This document shows positions 17,060 through 26,466 of a stretch of 64,000 bases of DNA, one piece after another; the first letter of the stretch is position 1, and the number at the start of each line of letters is the position of its first letter. The stretch is taken from contig CAKSSH010000001.1 in NCBI GenBank assembly GCA_934488695.1, positions 7,476 through 71,475 on the forward strand, in the 5' to 3' direction. This stretch comes from an uncultured Oscillospiraceae bacterium. Lineage in GTDB: Bacteria > Bacillota > Clostridia > Oscillospirales > Ruminococcaceae. Made by a program: the position numbers and the translations under genes. The notes beneath the pieces are model-generated. The model had not been told where the DNA came from, ran no database searches, and saw nothing but the letters and a program-made list of their open reading frames with translations.

Positions 17060-17246
17060 TAAAAACGGAAAAAGTAAATATTGCCGCAGCAAACGCTGTT
17101 TGTCAGTGAAAAAAGGCAAACCGGCACCGATTTTTGCGTGGGAAATAGCCGGTATAAAGATAAATTAAAATCTATTATCGAAATGTGACAGGGCAGAGAC
17201 ATCCCGAGACGGTAAAAAACAACTGGCACCGAGCTGCAACCAACAT

Positions 17247-17306
17247 AAAAAGCTATTGCTCATGAGCAAAACAAAGGCGTTTCGCGTTCATGTGCAATAG
17301 CTTTTT
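17247..17306 (-). terminator. probable tsf terminator (long imperfect hairpin)
   Basis: On the minus strand, AAAAAGCTATTGCACATGA ... TCATGAGCAATAGCTTTTT forms about 18 bp with one mismatch and a 22-nt loop, ending in a T-run. Confidence 0.45.
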
Positions 17307-17343
17307 GTCCGGCCTTAAAAACGGCCGATTTTGTTATGAGAGA

Positions 17344-18252
17344 TTATTTTACCATTCCGGCAACTTCGGAGGCAAAATCGTCATTTCTCTTTTCCAGGCC
17401 TTCGCCCTTTTCAAAACGAACAAAGTCTGCAATAACAATGCTGCCGCCGAGGGCTTTTGCTGTTTGGTCGGTGTATTTGTTGATTGTCAGCTCATCGTTT
17501 TTAACAAAGAGCTGCTCAGTCAAGCAAACTTCCTTATAGTACTTGTTGATACGACCCATAACCATTTTCTCGGCGATGTTGGCGGGCTTGCCTTCGTTAA
17601 TGGCCTGAACGGTCAAAATTTCCTTTTCCTTGGCAATTGTATCGGCCGGAACCGCTTCTTTATTCAAGAACTGCGGATTGGCAGCGGCAATCTGCATGGC
17701 AATGTCCTTTGCGTATTCGGCAAAACCATCCTTGTCCGCAACGTCGGTCGCAAATTTAACCATAACACCGATACGGCCGTTACCGTGGATATAGGTGACA
17801 AGATCGCCTTCCATGCGGACAAAACGACGAATCTTCAGATTCTCACCGATGGTTAGAACCTTTTCCTGCAGCGCTGCTGCAACCGTTTCGTTTCCGCCGG
17901 AAATCGTTTTGTTCAACAAGTCATCCACATCTGCCGGGTTCTCATCAATGACGGTTTTGGCACAGGCAGCAACAAAGTCTACAAAGCTCTGATTTTTGGC
18001 GACAAAGTCGGTTTCTGAGTTAACCTCAATCAAAGCGCCGACCTTTTTGGCGTCGTCTACCAGCCCATAAACCAGACCCTCTGCGGCAATTCTGCCGGAC
18101 TTCTTTGCAACCGCGGCAAGGCCTTTTTCACGCAGAAATTCAATTGCCTTGTCGGTATCACCGTTGGATTCGGTCAGTGCCTTTTTGCAGTCCATCATGC
18201 CGCAACCGGTGCGCTCACGCAGTGCTTGGACGTCTTTCGCTGTAAAAGCCAT
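17344..18252 (-). CDS. tsf: translation elongation factor Ts
   Basis: The N-terminus (VQALRERTGCGMMDCKKAL) and the overall sequence are EF-Ts. Lies downstream of rpsB. Confidence 0.95.
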   Translation of the reverse strand: MAFTAKDVQALRERTGCGMMDCKKALTESNGDTDKAIEFLREKGLAAVAKKSGRIAAEGLVYGLVDDAKKVGALIEVNSETDFVAKNQSFVDFVAACAKTVIDENPADVDDLLNKTISGGNETVAAALQEKVLTIGENLKIRRFVRMEGDLVTYIHGNGRIGVMVKFATDVADKDGFAEYAKDIAMQIAAANPQFLNKEAVPADTIAKEKEILTVQAINEGKPANIAEKMVMGRINKYYKEVCLTEQLFVKNDELTINKYTDQTAKALGGSIVIADFVRFEKGEGLEKRNDDFASEVAGMVK

Positions 18253-18326
18253 ATTTTATTCCTCCTGATTCGTGAAAAATTCAGCCTTCAAGGCATAATG
18301 CAAAGAAGGCTGATTTCGGTTTTTAA

Positions 18327-19067
18327 TTATTCGGCGTCGGCCGCTTCCGCAGCCTCTTCGGCAGGGGCTTCAGCGGCTGTTTGCTCGCCTTGCTTGCCCT
18401 CGAGAATCGCATCCGCCATTGTTGCGGCAATCAACTTAACCGCTCGGATTGCATCGTCATTTCCGGGGATGACATAATCGATCTCGTCCGGATCGCAGTT
18501 GGTGTCAACGATCGCGACCACGGGAATGCCGAGCTTCTTTGCTTCGGAAACAGCAATTTTCTCCTTCTTGGGATCGACAACAAAGAGGGCTCCGGGGAGC
18601 TTCTTCATGTCCTTGATACCGCCGAGGAACTTCTCAAGCTTCTCAATTTCCAACTTGAGCTTGACCACTTCCTTCTTGGGGAGCACATCAAAGGTACCGT
18701 CCTCTTCCATGGCACGCAGCTGCTCTAACCGAGCAATTCTTCTGCGGATGGTTTTGAAGTTGGTCAGCATGCCGCCGAGCCAACGGGCATTGACATAGTG
18801 CGCACCGGCACGCAGGGCTTCCTCTTTAATGGAATCCTGAGCCTGCTTTTTGGTGCCGACAAAGAGAACGGAATCTCCGTTGGCGGCAACATCGCGAACG
18901 AACAGGTATGCCTCTTCCAGGCATTTGACCGTCTTTTGAAGGTCAATGATATAAATCCCGTTACGCTCGGTGAAGATGTAACGCGCCATTTTGGGGTTCC
19001 ATCTTCTGGTCTGATGTCCGAAATGGACGCCTGCTTCAAGAAGCTGCTTCATTGAAACGACTGACAT
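18327..19067 (-). CDS. rpsB: 30S ribosomal protein S2
   Basis: Start at [27 protein letters not shown] (19067) follows GGAGG. The track ORF start at 19133 is an upstream extension. Confidence 0.95.
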   Translation of the reverse strand: MSVVSMKQLLEAGVHFGHQTRRWNPKMARYIFTERNGIYIIDLQKTVKCLEEAYLFVRDVAANGDSVLFVGTKKQAQDSIKEEALRAGAHYVNARWLGGMLTNFKTIRRRIARLEQLRAMEEDGTFDVLPKKEVVKLKLEIEKLEKFLGGIKDMKKLPGALFVVDPKKEKIAVSEAKKLGIPVVAIVDTNCDPDEIDYVIPGNDDAIRAVKLIAATMADAILEGKQGEQTAAEAPAEEAAEAADAE

Positions 19068-19171
19068 TTGTTTTCCTCCTAACAGTTTCATCCTCCGCTC
19101 TGCGCATTTTGAAGAGGTAACCGCGGACGGCACTGTCTCTCAATTGCAGGGCGTGTGTGATTTACCGAACA

Positions 19172-19200
19172 ATTATAACATACCTTTTTTAAAATTACAA
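19172..19200 (-). promoter_or_regulatory. candidate sigma-A promoter of rpsB-tsf
   Basis: Minus strand: TTGTAA (19200-19195), a 17-nt spacer, then TATAAT (19177-19172). Confidence 0.5.
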
Positions 19201-19280
19201 GACTTTTTTGCATTTTTTGCCTGTTTTTTCGGTCTTTTTCGGCCTAAACATTCGGCCGAGAATCAAAAGGTGAAAATAAT

Positions 19281-21653
19281 TTAACGCAGGGTGACGCCGT
19301 GCTCCTCCAGTGCGTGCAGGATTTTGGCAACGGCGCGATCGGCTTCTTCGGCCGTCAGGGTCTTTTGGTGAGAACGGAGAGTGATTTTAAAAGCAAGACT
19401 CTTCTTGCCGTCACCCAGCTGTTCGCTGCGATAAACATCAAAAAGCGTAATGTTTTCAAGCAAGCGGGGGACTGCTGTTCGGATAAGCTCTTCCATTTTG
19501 CCCGCCGGCAGCAGCTCATCACAAACCAGCGCAAGGTCGCGGACAATGGCCGGGAATTTAGGCAACGGATGATACAGGATCTCGGTCTGCCCGGCAGCAA
19601 ACAGCGCGTCCATGGACAGCGCCGCACAATAAGCACGGGTGCCAAGCTCGAAGTTTTTAAGCACGGTCGGGTGAATTTCTCCGAGCAGACCCAATGCAGT
19701 GTCGCCGGCATACACTGCGGCGCAGCGCCCCGGATGATAGCTGGGGCAGTCGCAGACAGGATCAAAACGAAGCTTTCCAATGTGCAGCGCTTCGGCTAAA
19801 GATTCAACGATCCCTTTCAGGACAAAAAAGTCGACGTTATCGCCGTACATCCCAAGGGTTAATACATCGCGTTCAATGGGTAGCACGTCGGCGCCGCGGT
19901 TTTGATATTCCGAGGCGACTTCATATAGGGCAGCTGATAAATTTCGATTGTTGTAGTTACGCGACAAGGTCTCCAGCATGGAGGAAAGGGCGGTTGTGCG
20001 CATAATGCCGGTATCTTCGCCCAAGGGATTTAAGATTCGCACCGGGTCGCGCAACGGGCTGTCTTGCGGAACACAAAGACGGTCCAACGTTTTGGGGCTG
20101 ACAAAAGAATAGGTCATGATTTCCGACAAACCGCGGGCACGCATGAGCTGTGCGACCTCCCGTTCAAACTTCTGCCGCTCGGTCAGAGACCCCTGCGCCG
20201 TTCCGCGAATCGTAGTAGACGGAATCCGGTCGTATCCGTAGAATCGAGCAACCTCCTCCGCAAGATCGGCCTTGTGATGAATGTCTGTACGGTAACTTGG
20301 AACTGTAACGGTGTCATCCTTTACAGCAAATCCGGCACGCTTCAAATACGAACAAATTTCCTCATGTGATAAATCGATTCCAAGAAAACGATTGATAAAC
20401 TGCCAGTCCAGCTTCAGGGAAACGGGCTGCTTGTCGGAATAGTCCGAATCCAGGACACCGTCCACCACCTCGCCGGCTCCGAGCTCTTCAACCAACTGAC
20501 AGGCCCGCAGCAGAGCAGGCAGCGTGTTTTGGCGATCCAGGTCTTTTTCAAAACGACCGGAGGCCTCGGTGCGCATGCCAAGGCGCTGCGCCGTCCTGCG
20601 CACGCTGGATCCCAGGAAGCAAGCGGATTCAAAGACCACGGTATGCGTGTCCGGCATAATGCCGCTGTACTCGCCGCCCATCACGCCGGCAACGGCAATC
20701 GGCGCTTTTGCGTCGGCAATAACCAGCATGTCGGGTGTCAGGTCGCGCTCAATGCCGTCAAGTGTTGTAATGGTTTCTCCCTTTACAGCGTTTCGGACCA
20801 CAATCTTGTTGTCGGTAACATAGCGCAGGTCAAAGGCATGCATCGGTTGACCGTATTCCAGCATGACAAAATTGGTGATATCCACCAGATTGTTGATGGA
20901 GCGGACGCCCTGCGCTCTCAGCCGTTCCCGCATCCAGCGGGGAGAGGGCGCAATTTTGACGTTTCGGATAATTTTAGCGGTGTATCGCGGGCAAAGTTGT
21001 GTGTTGAGCACCTTGACTGACAAAAGCTCTCGAACATCTCCGCCGCAGCCTTGCACCTGAGGCTCCGGCAGTCGAATCGGCAACTGATAGGTCGTCGCAA
21101 CCTCGCGCGCAAGCCCGATGATCGACAGGCAGTCCGGCCGATTGGAGGTGATTTCAAAATCAAAGACCGTGTCGTTGAGACCAAGTGCGTCATGCACATC
21201 GTCGCCGATGTTGCACGGCTCTTCGATGATAAAAATACCGTCTTCAATCGCATAAGGAAAATCGCCGACGGTCAGCCCCAGCTCTTTCAGCGAACAGAGC
21301 ATGCCATAGCTTTCTACGCCGCGCAGTTTCCCTTTTTTGATTTTGACGCCGGCGGGCAGGGTGGCGCCGTCAAGGGCAACCGGCACCAAGGCGCCTTCAA
21401 AGACGTTTTGTGCGCCGGTAACGACCTGCAGGGGGTCTTGTTTGCCGATGTCAATGCTGCAAACAAGCAGCTTGTCAGCGTCGGGATGCTTTTCAATGCG
21501 CAAGATTTTTCCAATCACAACACCGGAGAAATCTTGCCCCTCTTGTTCCCACCCCTCCACCTTGGAGCCGGACAGGGTCAGAGCTTCAAAAAAATCACGG
21601 TTGTCTACGTCAATAGAAACATAGTCATTGAGCCATCTTTTCGATAATTTCAT
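19281..21653 (-). CDS. pheT: phenylalanine--tRNA ligase beta subunit
   Basis: 790 aa with an N-terminal tRNA-binding domain plus B3/4 and B5 regions, and a typical PheT sequence. Lies 14 nt after pheS. Confidence 0.95.
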   Translation of the reverse strand: MKLSKRWLNDYVSIDVDNRDFFEALTLSGSKVEGWEQEGQDFSGVVIGKILRIEKHPDADKLLVCSIDIGKQDPLQVVTGAQNVFEGALVPVALDGATLPAGVKIKKGKLRGVESYGMLCSLKELGLTVGDFPYAIEDGIFIIEEPCNIGDDVHDALGLNDTVFDFEITSNRPDCLSIIGLAREVATTYQLPIRLPEPQVQGCGGDVRELLSVKVLNTQLCPRYTAKIIRNVKIAPSPRWMRERLRAQGVRSINNLVDITNFVMLEYGQPMHAFDLRYVTDNKIVVRNAVKGETITTLDGIERDLTPDMLVIADAKAPIAVAGVMGGEYSGIMPDTHTVVFESACFLGSSVRRTAQRLGMRTEASGRFEKDLDRQNTLPALLRACQLVEELGAGEVVDGVLDSDYSDKQPVSLKLDWQFINRFLGIDLSHEEICSYLKRAGFAVKDDTVTVPSYRTDIHHKADLAEEVARFYGYDRIPSTTIRGTAQGSLTERQKFEREVAQLMRARGLSEIMTYSFVSPKTLDRLCVPQDSPLRDPVRILNPLGEDTGIMRTTALSSMLETLSRNYNNRNLSAALYEVASEYQNRGADVLPIERDVLTLGMYGDNVDFFVLKGIVESLAEALHIGKLRFDPVCDCPSYHPGRCAAVYAGDTALGLLGEIHPTVLKNFELGTRAYCAALSMDALFAAGQTEILYHPLPKFPAIVRDLALVCDELLPAGKMEELIRTAVPRLLENITLFDVYRSEQLGDGKKSLAFKITLRSHQKTLTAEEADRAVAKILHALEEHGVTLR

Positions 21654-21667
21654 TGTTTTCTTCCCCC

Positions 21668-22687
21668 TTAGAACTGTGCCAAAAACTTAACGTCGTTTTC
21701 GTAAAACAGGCGCATATCGTCAATTTGATACCGGCGCATAACCAGACGTTCAAGACCCATGCCGAAAGCAAAACCGCTGTATTCCTCCGGGTCGATCCCG
21801 CAGATGGACAGCACCTTCGGATGCACCATGCCGGCACCAAGAATCTCAATCCAGCCTTCGCCCTTGCACAGGCTGCATCCCTTGCCGTGACAATTAAAGC
21901 ACATAACGTCTACTTCGGCGGAGGGTTCGGTAAAAGGGAAGTGGTGCGGCCGGAAACGGACCTCACTCTGCGGGCCGTACAGCTTTTTCACAAACATTTC
22001 AAGGGTGCCCTTTAAGTCCGCCATGGTAACACCGCGGTCCACCACCAGACCTTCGATTTGGTGAAAGACGGGGGAATGCGTCGCGTCGACGGCGTCGGAA
22101 CGATAGACCCGTCCGGGGGAAATAATACGAATGGGCGGCTTTTTTTGTTCCATGGTCCGGATTTGAACCGGGGAGGTCTGCGTGCGCAGCAGGATGTTTT
22201 CGGAAATATAGAAGGTGTCCTGCGTGTCTCTGGCCGGATGATCCTTTGGAATGTTTAAGGCCTCAAAGTTGTAATAGTCGGTTTCGATTTCGGGCCCGCG
22301 GACCACATCAAATCCCATACCGAGAAACATTTCCTTGATTTCGTCCAACACCAGCGTCAGCGGGTGCCGGTGTCCCTGCGTGAACGGCTTGCCCGGCAAG
22401 GTTACGTCAATCATTTCACTTTTCAAGCGCAGCTGCAGCGCCGCGTCCTTGAGGTCCTCGCTTTTTTTAGCAAAGCTTTCCTCCAGGGTATTGCGCACCT
22501 CATTGGCAAGCTGACCCATAATCGGACGCTGTTCCGCAGACAGTGTCCCCATTTGTTTCAGAATAGCTGTCAATTCGCCCTTTTTGCCGAGAAAACGCAC
22601 ACGCAGCTGTTCCAAATCTTCGGCACGGCTGACGTTTTTAAGTGCATTTTGCACGTCCTTACGAATTTGCATGAGCTGTTCCTTCAT
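21668..22687 (-). CDS. pheS: phenylalanine--tRNA ligase alpha subunit
   Basis: Class II motifs (HPLT, FRPHHFPFTEPSAEVD, GAGMVHP). ATG at 22687 is preferred over TTG at 22693. Confidence 0.95.
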   Translation of the reverse strand: MKEQLMQIRKDVQNALKNVSRAEDLEQLRVRFLGKKGELTAILKQMGTLSAEQRPIMGQLANEVRNTLEESFAKKSEDLKDAALQLRLKSEMIDVTLPGKPFTQGHRHPLTLVLDEIKEMFLGMGFDVVRGPEIETDYYNFEALNIPKDHPARDTQDTFYISENILLRTQTSPVQIRTMEQKKPPIRIISPGRVYRSDAVDATHSPVFHQIEGLVVDRGVTMADLKGTLEMFVKKLYGPQSEVRFRPHHFPFTEPSAEVDVMCFNCHGKGCSLCKGEGWIEILGAGMVHPKVLSICGIDPEEYSGFAFGMGLERLVMRRYQIDDMRLFYENDVKFLAQF

Positions 22688-22704
22688 TCTCAAACATCCT
22701 TTCC

Positions 22705-22990
22705 GAAAACAGTTTCAAAATAAAAAAACGCCCTCATTCCGGCCGACCGGCCGAAACGGGGACGAAATCTACAAACATAGCTTCCGCGGTACCACCCACG
22801 TTTTTGCTTTTTTCTGCAAAACAGGAAAGAGCAAACACTCTTTTTGCCGATAACGGGGCATGCCGGCGACGCCTAATGCCGTTGTACGGGTTCAGCGAAG
22901 CTGCTCGGGAGGGAACTTGGGCTATTTGAGCGGGAGCCTGCTTTCAACCGAGGCAGGCCTCTCTGTGCGCGCTTAAAAGGCTTACTTTTC
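22705..22990 (-). promoter_or_regulatory. T-box riboswitch leader (Phe, specifier UUC) controlling pheST
   Basis: Minus strand: AGAGAGG element, candidate specifier UUC (22915-22913), T-box sequence GGGTGGTACCGCGG (about 22800-22782), and a GC-rich terminator followed by TTTTTTT (22728-22722). Confidence 0.8.
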
Positions 22991-23013
22991 TCCGTCGTCG
23001 CATCATAAATATC

Positions 23014-23041
23014 ATTATAACAGTTTTTTACAAAAATTCAA
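23014..23041 (-). promoter_or_regulatory. candidate sigma-A promoter of the pheST leader
   Basis: Minus strand: TTGAAT (23041-23036), a 16-nt spacer, then TGtTATAAT (TATAAT at 23019-23014). Confidence 0.5.
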
Positions 23042-23119
23042 GCTTTTTTCAAAAAATAAAATCGAGTGCTCGCATAATGTGTCGCCGGAGCCGAAAAAAT
23101 ATAATGGGAGGAATGAATA

Positions 23120-23548
23120 ATGCAATCGGATATATTTAAAAAACAGGCGGAAGAACGCCTGATCGGCAGATTGGCATCTTATCAGCTATGGGCGGCCGAT
23201 CAAATGAAGCTTTGTGCAAGGGAAACCGAAGACGCACAGCTCAAAAGCCAATACGAACAAATTGCGGCCGTTAATCGGATGCTTTACGAAAAGCTTCCGT
23301 ACGACCGCGAAGCGGCGTTGAAGCGAGAGCCGGCAGCACAGGAAGTAAAGCGGCTGCTGCGCGCCTTTTTTTGCCAAAAAGCCCTGTATGATACACTATC
23401 ACAGCTGATGTGCCGCTGCGTTCGGCCGCCTGTTCTGGACGAAATGCTTGACCGTCAGGTGAAAATCTGTCGTCAGCTGTCAGAAGAGATGCAAATACGC
23501 CTTAAAACACTGCGAGAGAATTTTGAAAAAAAGCAAAACGACTCTTGA
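23120..23548 (+). CDS. hypothetical protein (predicted all-helical, cytoplasmic)
   Basis: 142 aa. RBS GGGAGG, preceded by a TATAAT. No recognisable family motif. Confidence 0.4.
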   Translation: MQSDIFKKQAEERLIGRLASYQLWAADQMKLCARETEDAQLKSQYEQIAAVNRMLYEKLPYDREAALKREPAAQEVKRLLRAFFCQKALYDTLSQLMCRCVRPPVLDEMLDRQVKICRQLSEEMQIRLKTLRENFEKKQNDS

Positions 23549-23635
23549 TTATTTCAGGGCTGTATAGTATAATAATCCAAAGGAAAGATTTTGTAACACG
23601 CATTTTCGGATAGAAAAAACAGGGAGAGTGCTGTT

Positions 23636-24919
23636 TTGGAAAAATATATTGTAACTGGAGGAACACCGCTGCACGGTGAAGTGACAATCAGCGGCGCTAA
23701 AAACGCTGCGGTTGCGATTTTGTCGGCCACAGTGCTGGCAGAAGGGGTTTGTGTGATTGAAAATGTCCCCGACATTCGGGATGTTTTTACGACTCTTAAA
23801 ATCTTAGACGAGTTAGGCGCGCAGGTGCGTTATCTTGATAAAACCACGGTTGAAATTGATACAACCCATTTAAATACGACCACGATTCCTCATGAGCTGA
23901 CCTGTAATATGCGGGCTTCCTATTATTTTTGGGGCAGTATGTTGGGCCGGTACGGACATGCGCGGGTCTCCATGCCCGGCGGGTGCGATTTCGGCGTTCG
24001 GCCGATTGACCAGCATAAGCGCGGCTTTGAGGCGCTGGGTGCCGGGGTTGAGATCGAGGACGGCATGCTGGATGTGCACGCCGATCGGCTTATCGGTAAT
24101 CAGATTTTTTTTGATAAGGTTTCGGTGGGCGCCACGATGAATGTTATGCTGGCGGCTGTTCGTGCCTCCGGCGTAACGGTGATGGAAAATGTGGCTAAAG
24201 AACCGCATATTGTGGATTTGGCAAACTTTTTAAACTCCATGGGCGCCAATATTATGGGCGCCGGAACCGATGTGATTAAGATCCACGGTGTGTCGCAGAT
24301 GCACGGAACTAATTACGCGATTATTCCGGATCAGATTGAGGCAGGTACCTATATGGTTGCGGCCGCCGCGACCCGCGGGGATGTGCTCATTCGCAACGTC
24401 ATTCCGAAACATATGAAGCCGATTACCGCCAAGCTTGAAATGATGGGGGTCGAGGTCGAGGAGTTTGACGAGGCAATTCGGATTCGTGCGAAAGGCCCGC
24501 TCAAGAAAATTGATATTAAAACGCTGCCGTACCCCGGCTTTCCGACCGATATGCAGCCGCAAATGGCAACGCTTGCCTGCCTTGCCGAGGGCACCAGCAC
24601 GGTGACCGAGGGCGTGTGGGACAATCGTTTTCGGTATGTTTACGAGCTGCAAAAGATGGGCGCCGATATTAAGGTGGACGGGAAAATGGCCGTGATCGAA
24701 GGAATTGAAGGGTTCAAGGCTGCTCCTGTTAAGGCTGTTGACCTGCGCGCCGGCGCCGCAATCGTCATTGCGGCTTTGTGCGCGGACGGAGAGACCGAAA
24801 TTGAGGATATATATCACATTGAACGCGGGTACGAGGGCTTTGAAGTGAAGCTTTGCGCGCTCGGCGCACAGATTCAGAAAATTGAGGTCTCGCGCGAACC
24901 GGTTGTTTCCGCGGGTTGA
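23636..24919 (+). CDS. murA: UDP-N-acetylglucosamine 1-carboxyvinyltransferase
   Basis: TTG start follows GGGAGAG. Motif ISGAKNAAVAIL and active-site Cys context PGGCDFGVRPIDQH. 427 aa. Confidence 0.95.
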   Translation: MEKYIVTGGTPLHGEVTISGAKNAAVAILSATVLAEGVCVIENVPDIRDVFTTLKILDELGAQVRYLDKTTVEIDTTHLNTTTIPHELTCNMRASYYFWGSMLGRYGHARVSMPGGCDFGVRPIDQHKRGFEALGAGVEIEDGMLDVHADRLIGNQIFFDKVSVGATMNVMLAAVRASGVTVMENVAKEPHIVDLANFLNSMGANIMGAGTDVIKIHGVSQMHGTNYAIIPDQIEAGTYMVAAAATRGDVLIRNVIPKHMKPITAKLEMMGVEVEEFDEAIRIRAKGPLKKIDIKTLPYPGFPTDMQPQMATLACLAEGTSTVTEGVWDNRFRYVYELQKMGADIKVDGKMAVIEGIEGFKAAPVKAVDLRAGAAIVIAALCADGETEIEDIYHIERGYEGFEVKLCALGAQIQKIEVSREPVVSAG

Positions 24920-24930
24920 TTTGAAAAAAC

Positions 24931-24970
24931 GGCAGAGGCAGGGGTAAGTGCTGCCTTTGCCATTTTCTTT
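24931..24970 (+). terminator. intrinsic terminator after murA
   Basis: Stem GGCAGAGGCAG / CTGCCTTTGCC (11 bp including one G-U pair) with a 9-nt loop, followed by ATTTTCTTT. Confidence 0.55.
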
Positions 24971-24987
24971 ATGAAACGGGTGAAAAC

Positions 24988-25779
24988 ATGGCCAGGGTTT
25001 TATCGCTGGGCAGCGGCAGCAGCGGAAACAGCTTTTTTGTAGGAGATGCTGCAGGCGGCGTTTTGATTGACGTCGGCCTGAGCTTTTCCAAGATTTTCAA
25101 AGCTCTTGCACAGCAGGGGATCGGCCAGCGGCAGGTGGAAGCGCTGCTGTTGACGCATGAGCACAGTGACCACGTTAAAGGTCTCGGCACTTTTCTTAAA
25201 AAAACCGATATTCCCGTATATGCCACCGAGGGCTGTGCACAGCGCCTTTTTCGTTCACTGCCGGAGCTGGAGCCGCGGCTGCGCCCGGTTGAGAAGAAAA
25301 AGACCTTTTCGGTCGGTCACGCCGCTTTTTCGGCCTTTTCGGTTTATCATGACGCGGCGGACGCCGTCGGTTATCGGGTCGAAACTGCCGACCGGCGGCA
25401 GGTGGTGTATTGTACCGATGTCGGACATGTAGACGAAGCGCTTTTACAGGATCTTTCAGAGGCGGATTTTCATATTTTGGAAGCAAATTATGACGTCGGC
25501 ATGCTGCAATGCAATGTCGCTTATCCGTTCTTGCTGCGCCAGCGTATTTCGGGCGAGAAAGGGCACCTGTCAAATGCGGACTGTGCCGAAACGGTGCTGC
25601 AATTGCTGGATACCGGCAGCCGACGCTTTTTGCTGGCTCATTTGAGTGAACAAAATAACACGCCGCAAATTGCCTATGAGACAGTCCGCTGTGCGCTGGG
25701 AAATGCAGGCTATGTCGAGAACAGCGATTACGAGCTTTGTGTGGCGCCGCGTGACGACGTAAGGATGTTGATTTTTTGA
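24988..25779 (+). CDS. MBL-fold metallo-hydrolase (YycJ-like)
   Basis: Motif LLLTHEHSDHVKGL. 263 aa. Its stop overlaps the next gene's start. Confidence 0.8.
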   Translation: MARVLSLGSGSSGNSFFVGDAAGGVLIDVGLSFSKIFKALAQQGIGQRQVEALLLTHEHSDHVKGLGTFLKKTDIPVYATEGCAQRLFRSLPELEPRLRPVEKKKTFSVGHAAFSAFSVYHDAADAVGYRVETADRRQVVYCTDVGHVDEALLQDLSEADFHILEANYDVGMLQCNVAYPFLLRQRISGEKGHLSNADCAETVLQLLDTGSRRFLLAHLSEQNNTPQIAYETVRCALGNAGYVENSDYELCVAPRDDVRMLIF

Positions 25780-26453
25780 AAAACAAAAAGCAAGAATGGC
25801 TTTCGGTCAACGGTTCCCGCATACTGGTGGATGATGTGCATAGGTTTGGAACCGACGCGCTGCAGCTTTTTCGGTTTGCGCAGGTCCGGCCGCGGGAAGG
25901 CGTGTGCGATTTCGGCAGCGGAAGCGGTATTTTCACGGTGTTGCTGCGTAGTTCCGGGCACACAGGGCCGATTTTTGCCGTGGAACTGCAACCGCAAGCG
26001 GCGGCGCTTTTTAAGCGGACGGTTGAGGCTAATCGATTTGAGCATGTCCGGCCTGTTTGTTGTGATTTGCGCGATAAGGACGTTTTGCGCCGCGAAATCG
26101 GAAACAATTGTTTGGATCTTGTTATTTGCAATCCGCCGTTTTATCGGCAAGGCTGCGGCGGAGAATCGCCTATCTTGTCCCGGCAGGTTTGCCGTAGTGA
26201 TGCGGGCGCAAGCATTGATGAGGTGACACTGGCGGCTCGTAGGCTTTTAAAACACGGCGGACGGTTTTGTGTTTGCTTTAAGCCGGAACGTCTTTGTGAT
26301 TGTATTGCTGCTATGCGACACAGCGGCTTGGAGCCGAAACGCCTGCAAATGGTGCACCAAACGACACAAAGGCCGCCGTGGCTTTGCCTGTTAGAAGGAA
26401 GAAAAGGTGCCGCGCCGTTTTTGCAGGTGCTGCCGCCTTATATCATGAAATAA
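25776..26453 (+). CDS. SAM-dependent methyltransferase, tRNA (adenine-N6)-methyltransferase (YfiC/YabB)-like
   Basis: SAM motif VCDFGSGSGI and catalytic motif VICNPPFY. Its position directly upstream of rsmI mirrors B. subtilis yabB-(yazA)-yabC. Confidence 0.7.
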   Translation: MKNKKQEWLSVNGSRILVDDVHRFGTDALQLFRFAQVRPREGVCDFGSGSGIFTVLLRSSGHTGPIFAVELQPQAAALFKRTVEANRFEHVRPVCCDLRDKDVLRREIGNNCLDLVICNPPFYRQGCGGESPILSRQVCRSDAGASIDEVTLAARRLLKHGGRFCVCFKPERLCDCIAAMRHSGLEPKRLQMVHQTTQRPPWLCLLEGRKGAAPFLQVLPPYIMK

Positions 26454-26466
26454 AGGAGATGCTCCG

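Noticed and set aside
17060-17343. 285-nt spoIID/tsf intergenic region, considered as a possible structured ncRNA (6S-like or other)
   Set aside because: I found only the tsf terminator-type hairpin, a short GGCC hairpin and an 8-nt direct repeat (GGCACCGA). I could not recognise any extended conserved-looking structure or known RNA motif by eye. A CM scan would be needed to say more.
17290-17856. 188-aa plus-strand ORF antisense to tsf. Similar antisense ORFs lie over pheT (21051-21647), ppiB (4085-4675), araM (36077-36754), gpmI (32422-33531) and the P-loop kinase gene (47926-48663).
   Set aside because: All are contained in genes with unambiguous family signatures on the opposite strand.
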